DNA of 64,000 nucleotides from Candidatus Spongiihabitans sp. (GCA_965237725.1 OZ250151.1:2755086-2819085), one strand, 5' to 3'; positions 1 to 8,790 are shown, counted from the stretch's first letter. Translations and numbers: made by a program. The notes: generated by a model from the sequence alone, not told the origin.

Positions 1-936
1 AATCAGACCATGCTTTATCCACGCCGAGTAAGCAAAGCAAATCGAAAAATAGATACACAAGATGACGAGAAATTCGCTCGGCAAGGTTAGCGCCAATGCT
101 ATAGAAATTAGGAGGAGGATTGGAACCAGCAAAACCACAAGATCGAGCCGCAAAATACCCGACGCAAAGGGGCGATTTCTCTTTATCGGATGCTTTCGGT
201 CATTCTCCAGGTCGAAGCAATCGTTTAACAGGTAAACTGCGGATGCACACAAACTAAATGAAAGAAAGGCAATTGCAGCCTGAAATAACAAGGGCAACTC
301 GTTAATACGGTGCGCAAATAACAGAGGCAGAAACAGAAGTAGATTCTTGGGCCACTGGTAAACACGAAAGCTTTTTCGTATTGCGCAGATTGATCTGACT
401 CCAGGGCTGAATTCCCTCTCGATTTTCGAATTCTTCCGCGCCTTCTTGGCTATCCAGGAATAGGTATTCACAAGGTACGCATTGACTGCATAGGGGAAGA
501 TTTTCAGGTCAGCGCCCGAATTGCCTGCATAGTCAAACTTACCTTCGGGATGCAATACCCTCAATTTCTCAAGTTTTTGCTTGCCGTTTAGATTGGAACT
601 TCCATCGCTACCCACTGCTTCTTCGAAAATGCCGAGGTGGGCCGCTACAGCATCAGCAACCTTCTGATCGGATGCGGTTACGAGTGCGAGTTTTCTTCCA
701 TCCCGGTGTTGTTCTCCGAGAAACTCTACAAAATCATCGGACCATGGCACTAATTCGTAATCGATGTCGGTACGAAGGGCCACTTGACGTTTGAGATAGG
801 CTTTTCCCCGGAAAAGCCAGATAAGCAGATTAATAATTGAGAGCGGACTTTGCTTGATCAATATAAATACCGATTCAATCAGTGTATCGCTGGTGGTCAG
901 GGTGCCGTCCAGATCTACGCAAAGAGGAGGGGAGTC
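1..936 (-). CDS. HAD-IB-type phosphatase domain fused to a UbiA-family membrane transferase (Rv3806c-like decaprenyl-phosphate phosphoribosyltransferase type); C-terminal part continues beyond window start
   Basis: Absent from the ORF track because there is no stop in the window. My reverse-strand translation from GTG 936 (preceded by an in-frame TAA) stays open to nt 1. It reads VRDFPNRLDTDSPPLCVDLDGTLTTSDTLIES (HAD motif I DxDGT), then ALVTASDQKVADAVAAHLGIF, then YQWPKNLLLFLPLLFAHR and AVYLLNDCFDLENDRKHPIKRNRPFASG (UbiA NDxxDxxxD motif). Confidence 0.65.
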
Positions 937-1067
937 GGTATCCAGTCTATTGGGAAAATCGCGCACTTGTTAGAACATTTTTATATGCAGTTGGGATAGT
1001 TTTCATGCGTCAGTGGAGTAGTTGTCGGGAGCGGTCCGCAACATCACGGAATGCCGTAAACATATGG

Positions 1068-2885
1068 CTAATTTTTCGGGCGCACATATTTCCCGTCCAT
1101 CTGGAACCACGCCAGGTCGACCCATTTGAACGGATTTGTCACTTTGTCGGGTTCATCGAACTCGAGATACTGGTAGTCCGTACCGGGAATCTTTTGGGCA
1201 TGACCCCAGCGCAGCTTTTTACTTCTGTTTTCGCTCAACAGGCGGCGCGGTCGGTGCTGTGGTTTGGCGATCACGAACAGCCTACGGCCGGTTTGGACAG
1301 TCAAGGCGCGGAGGCGGCCGTTGTCTAGATGATGGAGTTCGACGCGCCCGGGTCGCCTCTCTGCGACCGGCGGAAAGTCGTCCAGGAACTGGATCTGGAC
1401 ACCAAACCTGGCTTTGGAGTAGCGTGCCCAGTATGAACTCCAGTCTGTTTTCGAGTTAGCGGCAAATTTGGTATAAAAGAATTCCGGGGAGACAAAGGGG
1501 CCGGGGCCCCATATCTGGTTGCCGAAGCTGATTACCCTGAGCGCCTCCCAGCGGGACACACTCCAATGCTGACGGGAAGTGACTTGCTCGTTGTGGGCGC
1601 GAACGACAGTCCCTCCGATCGCGATCAGCGCGACTAACAGCAAGAACATGGGTCGGACGCGTTCGAAAAGAACGCCACGGTAACACCGCTCGAGCAACCA
1701 GACGACACCGAGGCATATGGGTAGTAATGCGATGCCGCTGGTGAAATAGGTATGGTCCCAGTCGGGAGCCCATTCTCGATACTTGCCGGTCAAACCCAAC
1801 GGTCCATTGATGGCCAGCAACATGGCAAGGATCATGGCCCACCAGAACCAGTCGGATTGGTGGTACGCAACCCGTGTTCCGCGGCGATTAACCGAGCCGC
1901 TGCCCCGATCGTCTTCAGTCAGGGAGTACAACGCGCACACCGCGACGGCGGCGGCGATGTAGAGTACGATGGAAAACGCACCGGTCCGGAACATCGCTTC
2001 GATGATGTTGCGTGCGGACTGAGAAAAACCTCCCCTAGCATCCCACTCGTTTGTGCTGGCGAAAAAGTGTTCGCTGAACGGTAGCCCTCCTATTGTGTAG
2101 GCGATGGTCACGCGCCCGGTCTCGAAAAGGGAGAAAGAGGCTACCGAATGTCCGCCGCCATAGTAGGCACGCCAGCTCACGTAACTGGCCAGGTAGAACA
2201 GTGTTGTTCCAGCGAGTGTCCACCAGAACTTCCTCCTGGTTGTTTCCGGTAAGGGGGTAGAGAGCAATAACCAGACAAACCCCACCATGGAAAGGGCGGT
2301 GATGGACTCGTACTGGAAGTAAGCGCAAAACACAGCCAGCGCGAAGAAGAGCAAGGCCACGGATTCGTTACCGCCCGGTTTGATTTGGGTCCGGACGATC
2401 CAGGCGGCGGCGGCCCAGAACAGAAACGGCAAGTACGCCAGCAACGCCCACGCCGCAGGGGGGAGATGGTTCCATCCCGCCCACACTAATCCCGCATACA
2501 CCCAGACGAAAAGCAGCCGTGGGCCGTGGGTAGGATACATAAGGTAAGCAAAACACAATGGGGTGACGGCGAAAGCAATCAATGCCAACCACTTCGAAAC
2601 CGGTCTGTCGGGGGCGAGTGATCCCAATAGCAGGCCCGCTTTCGTTGCGAGCTGGTAAATACGACCCTGGGCTTTCGCGCCGCCGACGGCCGCAGCGTAC
2701 CCACTTGTGTTCGCCTGCATTGCCCATTTGACCTGGTCGTTCGTGGTGATGTTGACGCCGTAAAATGGTGTCAGGGTCCATATCCACCAAATGACCAGCA
2801 CGATAAGCCAGGGTAAGGCACTTTTCCATTTGGTGGTCGTTACCGGCGCGGGTCTCATACCAGGCTTATCGATCGGAGCCAACAA
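1068..2885 (-). CDS. Large polytopic integral membrane protein; possible GT-C-type glycosyltransferase (function inferred only)
   Basis: 605-aa ORF with many hydrophobic segments (ALPWLIVLVIWWIWTLTPF, LLFVWVYAGLVWAGW, AWALLAYLPFLFWAAAAWIV and others) and a soluble C-terminal region of about 140 aa. It lies on the same strand directly upstream of the HAD-UbiA gene. GC is visibly higher than in its neighbours. Confidence 0.55.
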   Translation of the reverse strand: MLAPIDKPGMRPAPVTTTKWKSALPWLIVLVIWWIWTLTPFYGVNITTNDQVKWAMQANTSGYAAAVGGAKAQGRIYQLATKAGLLLGSLAPDRPVSKWLALIAFAVTPLCFAYLMYPTHGPRLLFVWVYAGLVWAGWNHLPPAAWALLAYLPFLFWAAAAWIVRTQIKPGGNESVALLFFALAVFCAYFQYESITALSMVGFVWLLLSTPLPETTRRKFWWTLAGTTLFYLASYVSWRAYYGGGHSVASFSLFETGRVTIAYTIGGLPFSEHFFASTNEWDARGGFSQSARNIIEAMFRTGAFSIVLYIAAAVAVCALYSLTEDDRGSGSVNRRGTRVAYHQSDWFWWAMILAMLLAINGPLGLTGKYREWAPDWDHTYFTSGIALLPICLGVVWLLERCYRGVLFERVRPMFLLLVALIAIGGTVVRAHNEQVTSRQHWSVSRWEALRVISFGNQIWGPGPFVSPEFFYTKFAANSKTDWSSYWARYSKARFGVQIQFLDDFPPVAERRPGRVELHHLDNGRLRALTVQTGRRLFVIAKPQHRPRRLLSENRSKKLRWGHAQKIPGTDYQYLEFDEPDKVTNPFKWVDLAWFQMDGKYVRPKN

Positions 2886-3053
2886 CCACTGCTTTGCCGT
2901 TTACGTGTATAGGAAGAATATCCGCTCTGCGGCATGGTGAGAAACTGGTTCTGAGCTTGTAGGAATCACTAATTATAGCTGAAATTCTGGCACAGGGACT
3001 GAGGGGATCTTCGTTTGGCCTGGCTTGTGCGGGCTTCATGAATACACTGTAAT

Positions 3054-4308
3054 GGCTGGTTAGGGCTGCGATTTCAATCGGTGGATGCAACATCTAAACT
3101 CTAATCTTAAAGAGTAGGATGTTGACTATGAATTACAGACCAAGGATTTGTTATACCGAAGGGCAAAAAGCATTGATGTGGGATCGCTGGCAAAGAGGTG
3201 AATCTCTTCATTCGATTGCGCGACTGTTTGATCGAGGGCATTCTTCGATTCAAAGGATTCTTGCCCAGACAGGTGGGATACGACCACCGCAACGGACACG
3301 ATCCAGTCGTTCACTCACATTGAAGGAGCGAGAAGAAATATCTCGCGGTGTGGTTGCTGGGTGTTCACTGCGTTCAATCGCAACGTCACTGGAGCGTTCG
3401 CCCTCTACCATCAGCCGCGAGATAAGACGTAATGGTGGTTTGAGATGCTATCGTGCAAACACAGCGGATCAAGCGGCATGGGATCGGGCATGTCGCCCCA
3501 AAATGGGTAAACTGGTGATGAATCGGGCGCTGGCGCGTATCGTAGCCAGGCAGCTCCAGCTACAATGGTCACCAGAACAGATAGCCGGTTGGCTCAAGCA
3601 TACTTATCCACACGACGAAACATATCAGGTGTCACATGAAACCATCTACCGCAGCCTCTTCATACAGGCCCGAGGGGCCTTGAAGAAAGAGTTATTACAA
3701 CACCTAAGACGAACCCGCGTGATGCGTCGTTCCCGCCACCACACACAGAAAACAGCCGATCACGGCAGGATCACTGACACGGTATCGATCCGTGAGCGAC
3801 CGGCCTCAGTTAAAGATCGAGCCGTACCGGGTCACTGGGAGGGCGACCTGCTGTGCGGTAGCCGCAACTCTCAGATCGCGACGCTTGTAGAGCGACATAC
3901 ACGCTATGTGATGCTGGCCAAGGTCAACGCTAAAGACACCGAAACGGTCATCAATGCATTGATCAAGCAGGCACACAAACTACCACGCGAACTATACAAA
4001 TCACTCACCTGGGATCGCGGTAAAGAGATGGCCGATCACAAACGTTTCTCTCTGGCTACGGACATCAAGGTATATTTCTGTGATCCCCACAACCCTTGGC
4101 AGCGAGGTTCGAACGAGAATACGAACGGGCTGTTGAGACAATACTTTCCCAAGGGAATGGATCTCACTAACGTCTCCCAGAACAAACTAAATGCCATCGC
4201 AAAACGACTCAACGAACGACCCAGAAAGACGTTACAATTCGAATCACCAGCAGAACGCTTTAACGCATGTGTTGCGTCGATCAGTTGAAATCGCAGCAAT
4301 AAGCCGAC
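3054..4308 (+). mobile_element. IS30-family insertion sequence, apparently intact
   Basis: A single transposase ORF is flanked by terminal inverted repeats. GCTGCGATTTCAA at 3065-3077 matches its exact reverse complement TTGAAATCGCAGC at 4285-4297. Partial matches continue for about 10 nt further out on both sides. Outer limits are approximate and the target-site duplication was not resolved. Confidence 0.75.
3119..4288 (+). CDS. IS30 family transposase
   Basis: 389 aa. Two N-terminal HTH segments are present (SLHSIARLFDRGHSSIQRIL and SLRSIATSLERSPSTISREIRRNGG). The WSPEQIAGWLK motif and a DDE region (HWEGDLL, TWDRGKEM, NENTNGLLRQYFPKG) are typical of IS30-family enzymes. Confidence 0.9.
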   Translation: MLTMNYRPRICYTEGQKALMWDRWQRGESLHSIARLFDRGHSSIQRILAQTGGIRPPQRTRSSRSLTLKEREEISRGVVAGCSLRSIATSLERSPSTISREIRRNGGLRCYRANTADQAAWDRACRPKMGKLVMNRALARIVARQLQLQWSPEQIAGWLKHTYPHDETYQVSHETIYRSLFIQARGALKKELLQHLRRTRVMRRSRHHTQKTADHGRITDTVSIRERPASVKDRAVPGHWEGDLLCGSRNSQIATLVERHTRYVMLAKVNAKDTETVINALIKQAHKLPRELYKSLTWDRGKEMADHKRFSLATDIKVYFCDPHNPWQRGSNENTNGLLRQYFPKGMDLTNVSQNKLNAIAKRLNERPRKTLQFESPAERFNACVASIS

Positions 4309-4387
4309 CTTCAGATAGTGTTTCTGAACGTCCGCTTTACTTGTATTTGTAAAACAATATCAAGCAGTAACGGTCCCGCTCAAACTT

Positions 4388-5107
4388 TCACGCAAAGGAC
4401 GCCCATGGGCTGTTAATAGGCCGTTCAATATAATGGCTGTCTTTCATATAAGCGACGATCTGTGGTTGAGCTTCATAGATTTTTATAAATTGATAAAGAT
4501 TGGGGCGATTGTTTTCGGTAACGGAATCCGGAACCATGAGACTGGTTTGCCAGATCAATTCATAGAGCACGAAATCAACCAGGGATAGTCCGTTGCCGAC
4601 AAAATGTGTATTACTTTTTTGGTTCGATAAGTATTTTTCAAATCCATCCAGGTGGCGAGGGGCCGCAGTTTCAACAAACTCTGCATAGGCGGCGGGGTAA
4701 TCCTCCCCCAGGGTGTAGGCGGTACTTACAATCTTGTTGCGAAAATCATAAGCCTCTTCTTGCAGTACATCAATGGCAATTCGGTCTGACTCACAATCGC
4801 CATAGAAACCAAACTGGCGGGCGAGGTACCTAATTACGGCATTGCTTTGGGTCAGCTGAACAGGCTCAGACCCGCTGGTGTCGATAAGGTAAGGCAGATT
4901 GGGAAACGCTAAATCCAGGGTGGCTTTGTGCGCTGCCCAGTCAGCAGATTCCTCTTCTATGATGGCACCATCTTGGGTTACCCCAAGGCGAACTTCGGAG
5001 TAGGGCACTTCGGCCATGGCCAGTAGAAATCGAATGGGTTGCGCAAGCCCTCTAATCGCCCAATAACCGAGTTGAATTTCTGCACCAGGTTGTTCGATAA
5101 ACTGCAT
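4388..5107 (-). CDS. Glutathione S-transferase, Mu-class-like
   Basis: 239 aa. LGYWAIRGLAQPIRFLL, FPNLPYLID, LTQSNAVIRYLARQF, VDFVLYE and AYMKDSHYIERPINS line up with the hallmark blocks of mammalian Mu-class GSTs (LGYWDIRGLAHAIRLLL, FPNLPYLIDG, ITQSNAILCYIARKH, VDFLVYD, AYMKSSRFLPRPVFS). Confidence 0.8.
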   Translation of the reverse strand: MQFIEQPGAEIQLGYWAIRGLAQPIRFLLAMAEVPYSEVRLGVTQDGAIIEEESADWAAHKATLDLAFPNLPYLIDTSGSEPVQLTQSNAVIRYLARQFGFYGDCESDRIAIDVLQEEAYDFRNKIVSTAYTLGEDYPAAYAEFVETAAPRHLDGFEKYLSNQKSNTHFVGNGLSLVDFVLYELIWQTSLMVPDSVTENNRPNLYQFIKIYEAQPQIVAYMKDSHYIERPINSPWASFA

Positions 5108-5122
5108 AGCATCAAATTGGTC

Positions 5123-5788
5123 TCAAACACCAACATCAAGATTAATGATACATCGTCTGCCTTTTTCAGGATTGGTGCTGGCATGAAAAAATTTGCCGTT
5201 AAACAGTACCACCCGACCTTTTTTCGGCTGAACTTCCTGTTGAATATTTTTTGACTGGTCATTGGCATTAACCACATCGCGGTCGGTGTCATCGTGGGTT
5301 TTGTTCAAAATCACCGTGGGCCCGCTTGCGTCATTGACGTAGTACAGGCAAACCAGATGAGGGAGATTCAGGTCGGTATGAAATAAATTATGATTAGTAT
5401 TGCCCGTGGCGATGGTCATAAAAATCCGACCCATGTAAATTTGCTTTGGCGTTGCATTAATTTTTGCGCAGCACTCATACAACAACGGCAGCAATGATTC
5501 AGTCATAAAACTCATTGGGCCTTTTTCCATATCAATAAAGTTATGGGTCAGGCCGACGGTATCTGATGCAAGCCGATTTTCCCCTGTGGTCATCCTAGAA
5601 ACATTAGGAACGTAGTACCATGGGAAACTGGTATCCATAATTTTTGTCTCGATGGCGTCCTGAAAGTTTTTTGAGACGGCATCGTCAAATACAAATATTT
5701 CGTCGGTGAGCGGCATCGCGGGTAGCGTGTAATTAAAGATGGGAACAGCAGAATAAACCAACTGCCCATATATGACAAGGGATGACAA
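5123..5788 (-). CDS. Fe(II)/2-oxoglutarate-dependent oxygenase superfamily protein
   Basis: 221-aa ORF. The track start is TTG and an internal ATG at the AMPLTDE position is possible. His-x-Asp occurs in LFHTDLN and a distal His in GKFFHAS, with spacing typical of the double-stranded beta-helix fold. Confidence 0.5.
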   Translation of the reverse strand: MSSLVIYGQLVYSAVPIFNYTLPAMPLTDEIFVFDDAVSKNFQDAIETKIMDTSFPWYYVPNVSRMTTGENRLASDTVGLTHNFIDMEKGPMSFMTESLLPLLYECCAKINATPKQIYMGRIFMTIATGNTNHNLFHTDLNLPHLVCLYYVNDASGPTVILNKTHDDTDRDVVNANDQSKNIQQEVQPKKGRVVLFNGKFFHASTNPEKGRRCIINLDVGV

Positions 5789-5979
5789 GAGATGACAATG
5801 GGAGGCAATGTTGGTGGTAGAGCGTAAGGATTCTAAAACAATAGACAGCGACCATATTCATTGACTGGTATCACAATCGGAATTATTGTTGATTTTCGTG
5901 CTCGAAATTGTAAAGCTACGCCGGTTTAAAGATATCATTTGTGTTACCGAAACAAATACATAAAAGTTGAGCTAAACCG

Positions 5980-6738
5980 ATGAATAAAATCCTGGGCCTT
6001 TGGGCTACGCCGAGATCCACGTCCACCGCATTTGAATGGGTAATGAAAAACCGTGGGGATATGGCATGTTTTCATGAACCCTATAATGAAGCATTTTATT
6101 ACGGCGAAGATCGGCGTATCGATCGCTATTTTATTATCGACCCCGAGCTGAAACCCAAATCTGGACTGACCATAGGGTCGGTGCATGATAATTTATTAAA
6201 ACTGTCACAAACCGGCCAGGTGTTTGTCAAAGATTTTGCCTATTCAATTCTTCATCTGGCTGATAAACAATTTCTCGATGCATTCACTCATACTTTCCTG
6301 ATCCGCGACCCGGATAAAGTGATCACATCCATGTATTCCCGATGGAATGATCTGGCTTTGGGCGAAATCGGATTCGAAGATTTACATACCTTGTTTGATC
6401 GTATTGCCGATAACACGGGTAAGGCGCCACCTCTTTTGGATTCCGATGATTTATTGGAAAGGCCCGAAGCCGGAATGAAAGCCTATTGTGATGCAGTGGG
6501 CATTCCTTATATTGCCGAGTCAATCAGTTGGGAAGACAAAAAAGAAAAAAACCAGGATTTAAATCCAACCTGGAATACTGACGAACATGGGTTTCACGAT
6601 AGTCTCAAGTCGAGTACGGGGCTTGCCAAACAGAAACGCGATTATCCGCCGTTAGAATCCAGCGAGGATATGATGCGATTGTATAAGTCTTCTTTACCCC
6701 ATTACCAGGCGCTCTACGAAAATCGAATTAGGTTTTAA
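5980..6738 (+). CDS. Sulfotransferase-family protein (PAPS-dependent type), substrate unknown
   Basis: 252 aa. N-terminal LWATPRSTSTAF resembles the 5'-phosphosulfate-binding loop. FLIRDPDKV resembles the 3'-phosphate-binding RDP motif. Confidence 0.5.
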   Translation: MNKILGLWATPRSTSTAFEWVMKNRGDMACFHEPYNEAFYYGEDRRIDRYFIIDPELKPKSGLTIGSVHDNLLKLSQTGQVFVKDFAYSILHLADKQFLDAFTHTFLIRDPDKVITSMYSRWNDLALGEIGFEDLHTLFDRIADNTGKAPPLLDSDDLLERPEAGMKAYCDAVGIPYIAESISWEDKKEKNQDLNPTWNTDEHGFHDSLKSSTGLAKQKRDYPPLESSEDMMRLYKSSLPHYQALYENRIRF

Positions 6739-6766
6739 GACCTCGAGGCTACCAAGTTCTTCAGCC

Positions 6767-6803
6767 CGTCATTCCGGAAGACCGAAGGTCTATCCGGAAT
6801 CCA
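6767..6803 (+). repeat. 37-bp nested-hairpin intergenic repeat (R2 family): CGTCATTCCGGAAGACCGAAGGTCTATCCGGAATCCA
   Basis: Outer stem ATTCCGGA/TCCGGAAT and inner stem AGACC/GGTCT. The same element recurs at 9112-9148 and 20192-20228, and in degenerate reverse orientation at 14627-14663. Confidence 0.8.
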
Positions 6804-6826
6804 CTCCAAGGTTAAATCAAGTCAAG

Positions 6827-7618
6827 TCAAGTAGGGCTCAGATTGTCTCCCGGCCTGCGGAAAATTTCACCGAAGCCGTCTATTTTGTCCTCGATTCCCG
6901 CTCGACGAAGGCAGCTCCAGACCTGGGCCTGATTGCTGGTGATGACCGGTTTTCCGGTTAACTGCTCAATTTCATCTGCGACTTCAGCAGCTCGAATACC
7001 GCCGCAACTTAAAAAAATCGCATCGGCTTCGGGCTGATCGATTTCCTGGGCGAATTGTTTCCAGTAGCTGGGGGTTACCGTGCCGAATTCAATTCCGGTT
7101 TCGATATTCAGGCCCTGGATATCAAGAATCTCAAATCCTTTTTCATGAAGAAAAACCGCTTCATTGGTATTTATTTCGTCGAGATAAGGGGTGCCTACCA
7201 CTATTTTTTTTGCGCCAAGTTCATTCAGAGCATCTACTACCCCAGTTACCAGGGTCATGGGTATAGCATAAGGCGCACCAATACGAATTTGTTCGAGAAT
7301 CTTTTGCTCGCCAATAACAATTGAACCCGAAGTGCAACTATAACTAATGACATCGGGTTTGACATCGGGTTGGATGCGTCCGGCGGCATCGGCCATAAAT
7401 TCAATATGTCGGGACAGGGTTTCGTTGGTTGTATAGTCGTCGGTTTTCAAACGAGTGATGTGCACCGCCACATCCCGTGGCACCATGTCGAAAAAATCCG
7501 CTTCTGCTGCAAGGTCAGTAGACATTAGTATAAAGCCGAGTTTGGCGCGATGATGTCGACCCTTATCGAATTCAACTTTCCGCTTTACAGAATTTACTTG
7601 ATCACCTGGTTTAAACAT
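6827..7618 (-). CDS. Asp/Glu/hydantoin-racemase-superfamily protein (maleate isomerase / arylmalonate decarboxylase / EutA-like)
   Basis: 263 aa. Paired catalytic-Cys motifs SYSCTSGS and FLSCGG have the spacing typical of this superfamily. The gene is adjacent and co-oriented with an M24-fold hydrolase, as in eutA-eutD ectoine-utilisation pairs. Confidence 0.6.
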   Translation of the reverse strand: MFKPGDQVNSVKRKVEFDKGRHHRAKLGFILMSTDLAAEADFFDMVPRDVAVHITRLKTDDYTTNETLSRHIEFMADAAGRIQPDVKPDVISYSCTSGSIVIGEQKILEQIRIGAPYAIPMTLVTGVVDALNELGAKKIVVGTPYLDEINTNEAVFLHEKGFEILDIQGLNIETGIEFGTVTPSYWKQFAQEIDQPEADAIFLSCGGIRAAEVADEIEQLTGKPVITSNQAQVWSCLRRAGIEDKIDGFGEIFRRPGDNLSPT

Positions 7619-7641
7619 TGTTCAATCTAATAATTTTCTTT

Positions 7642-8790
7642 CTAATGAATAATCACATCTTCGATTTGTTTCGGATGGGAGGTCAGGAATTCAAAACCAT
7701 CCTCAGTGAGGATGAAACTATCCCCGACCTGGGCGCGAAAGGTATCCGTACTCACCGAACCGTCCACCGCGAAAACCATATTGGGTTGCAATATGGTTTT
7801 ATCTCCAAATACCAGTTGGGGTTTCTCAACAAAGCTGAATCCCGTACCACGACCACAGCGAAATGGATAATCATAGCCTGCGCTTTGAATGACTTCCGCA
7901 TAAGCGGCGTGAACATCTTCGGCAACCACGCCTGGCCCAAGTACTTCTAGTGCAGCAGCCTGGCTGTCTACGGCCACTTGATAAACTGCTTCCTCGGATT
8001 TGTTTTTGACTTCCCCAATCCAGAAGGTTCGGTCGAAGCCCAATTTAAAGCGATGAAAATTGGTCATGCCACAGAAACACAAAAACACCGGTTCACCGTG
8101 GCTCATGGTTCGGGTGGAGGCGCGATGATGGGTCATGGTCAGTTCTTCCCCAGATGCCATGATCTGCAGGAAGTGGGTATTGGGTGACATTCTGCTGCCG
8201 CTATAGTGTTTCTCCAGAAGTTCCGATGATTTACGCGCACCGGCAGCTGAGGTCGCCAGGGCAACTTCAAACTCCTGCACTCCAGCTGCGATGGCATCCC
8301 GCCCCGCAGACATCATGGCATTGGCCACCTGACCAGCGTGACGAGCGAGTTGTAATTCCTGGTCAGACTTGATCATCCGCATATCTGCGACGATACGGGT
8401 GACATCACTAACTTTGTCTTGGTCTATCAAGCTGTCAATATACTCCCGCACCAGCGGAGGCATCTGGTGAGGCTCGATAGCCACTGCGGATTTGCCGTTC
8501 AACATGTCGGGAATGTGTTCACGCCACTCTTTGCCCATGCCGTCATTCCAGGCCTCTATCCGGTCCACAACAGCATCTTCAAGAGCCATGTTTAAATCGA
8601 TGGTTGGGGTAATCAGCAGGCTTTTGCCGTCCCGGGGAATGATCAAAATGGTTGGGCGACCAAACTCCATATGCAGATAGTCGTAGTACCCGGTGAAATA
8701 ATAGACGCTGTCGTCATCGGTAATGATGGCAACATCGGTGTTGGTTTCATCGAGCTTTTGGCGAAGTTGTCGGGTTCGATCTTCAAACAT
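7642..8790 (-). CDS. M24 pita-bread-fold hydrolase, creatinase / ectoine hydrolase (DoeA-EutD)-like
   Basis: 382 aa with a creatinase-N-like domain followed by an M24 C-domain. The canonical paired metal-ligand Asp residues are not evident (FCGMTNFHRFKLGFDRT), as in metal-independent creatinase/DoeA-type members. Confidence 0.6.
   Translation of the reverse strand: MFEDRTRQLRQKLDETNTDVAIITDDDSVYYFTGYYDYLHMEFGRPTILIIPRDGKSLLITPTIDLNMALEDAVVDRIEAWNDGMGKEWREHIPDMLNGKSAVAIEPHQMPPLVREYIDSLIDQDKVSDVTRIVADMRMIKSDQELQLARHAGQVANAMMSAGRDAIAAGVQEFEVALATSAAGARKSSELLEKHYSGSRMSPNTHFLQIMASGEELTMTHHRASTRTMSHGEPVFLCFCGMTNFHRFKLGFDRTFWIGEVKNKSEEAVYQVAVDSQAAALEVLGPGVVAEDVHAAYAEVIQSAGYDYPFRCGRGTGFSFVEKPQLVFGDKTILQPNMVFAVDGSVSTDTFRAQVGDSFILTEDGFEFLTSHPKQIEDVIIH

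Noticed and set aside
882-1328. 148-aa plus-strand ORF spanning the gap between the HAD-UbiA gene and the membrane-protein gene
   Set aside because: It overlaps both minus-strand genes, which have clear motifs. It has no recognisable domain and is a frame artefact.
7642-8790. M24 protein as the DMSP lyase DddP
   Set aside because: From memory, DddP is longer (about 440-450 aa). This protein has a creatinase-N-type N-domain and sits with an EutA-like partner next to sox genes. I cannot support a DddP call without a search.
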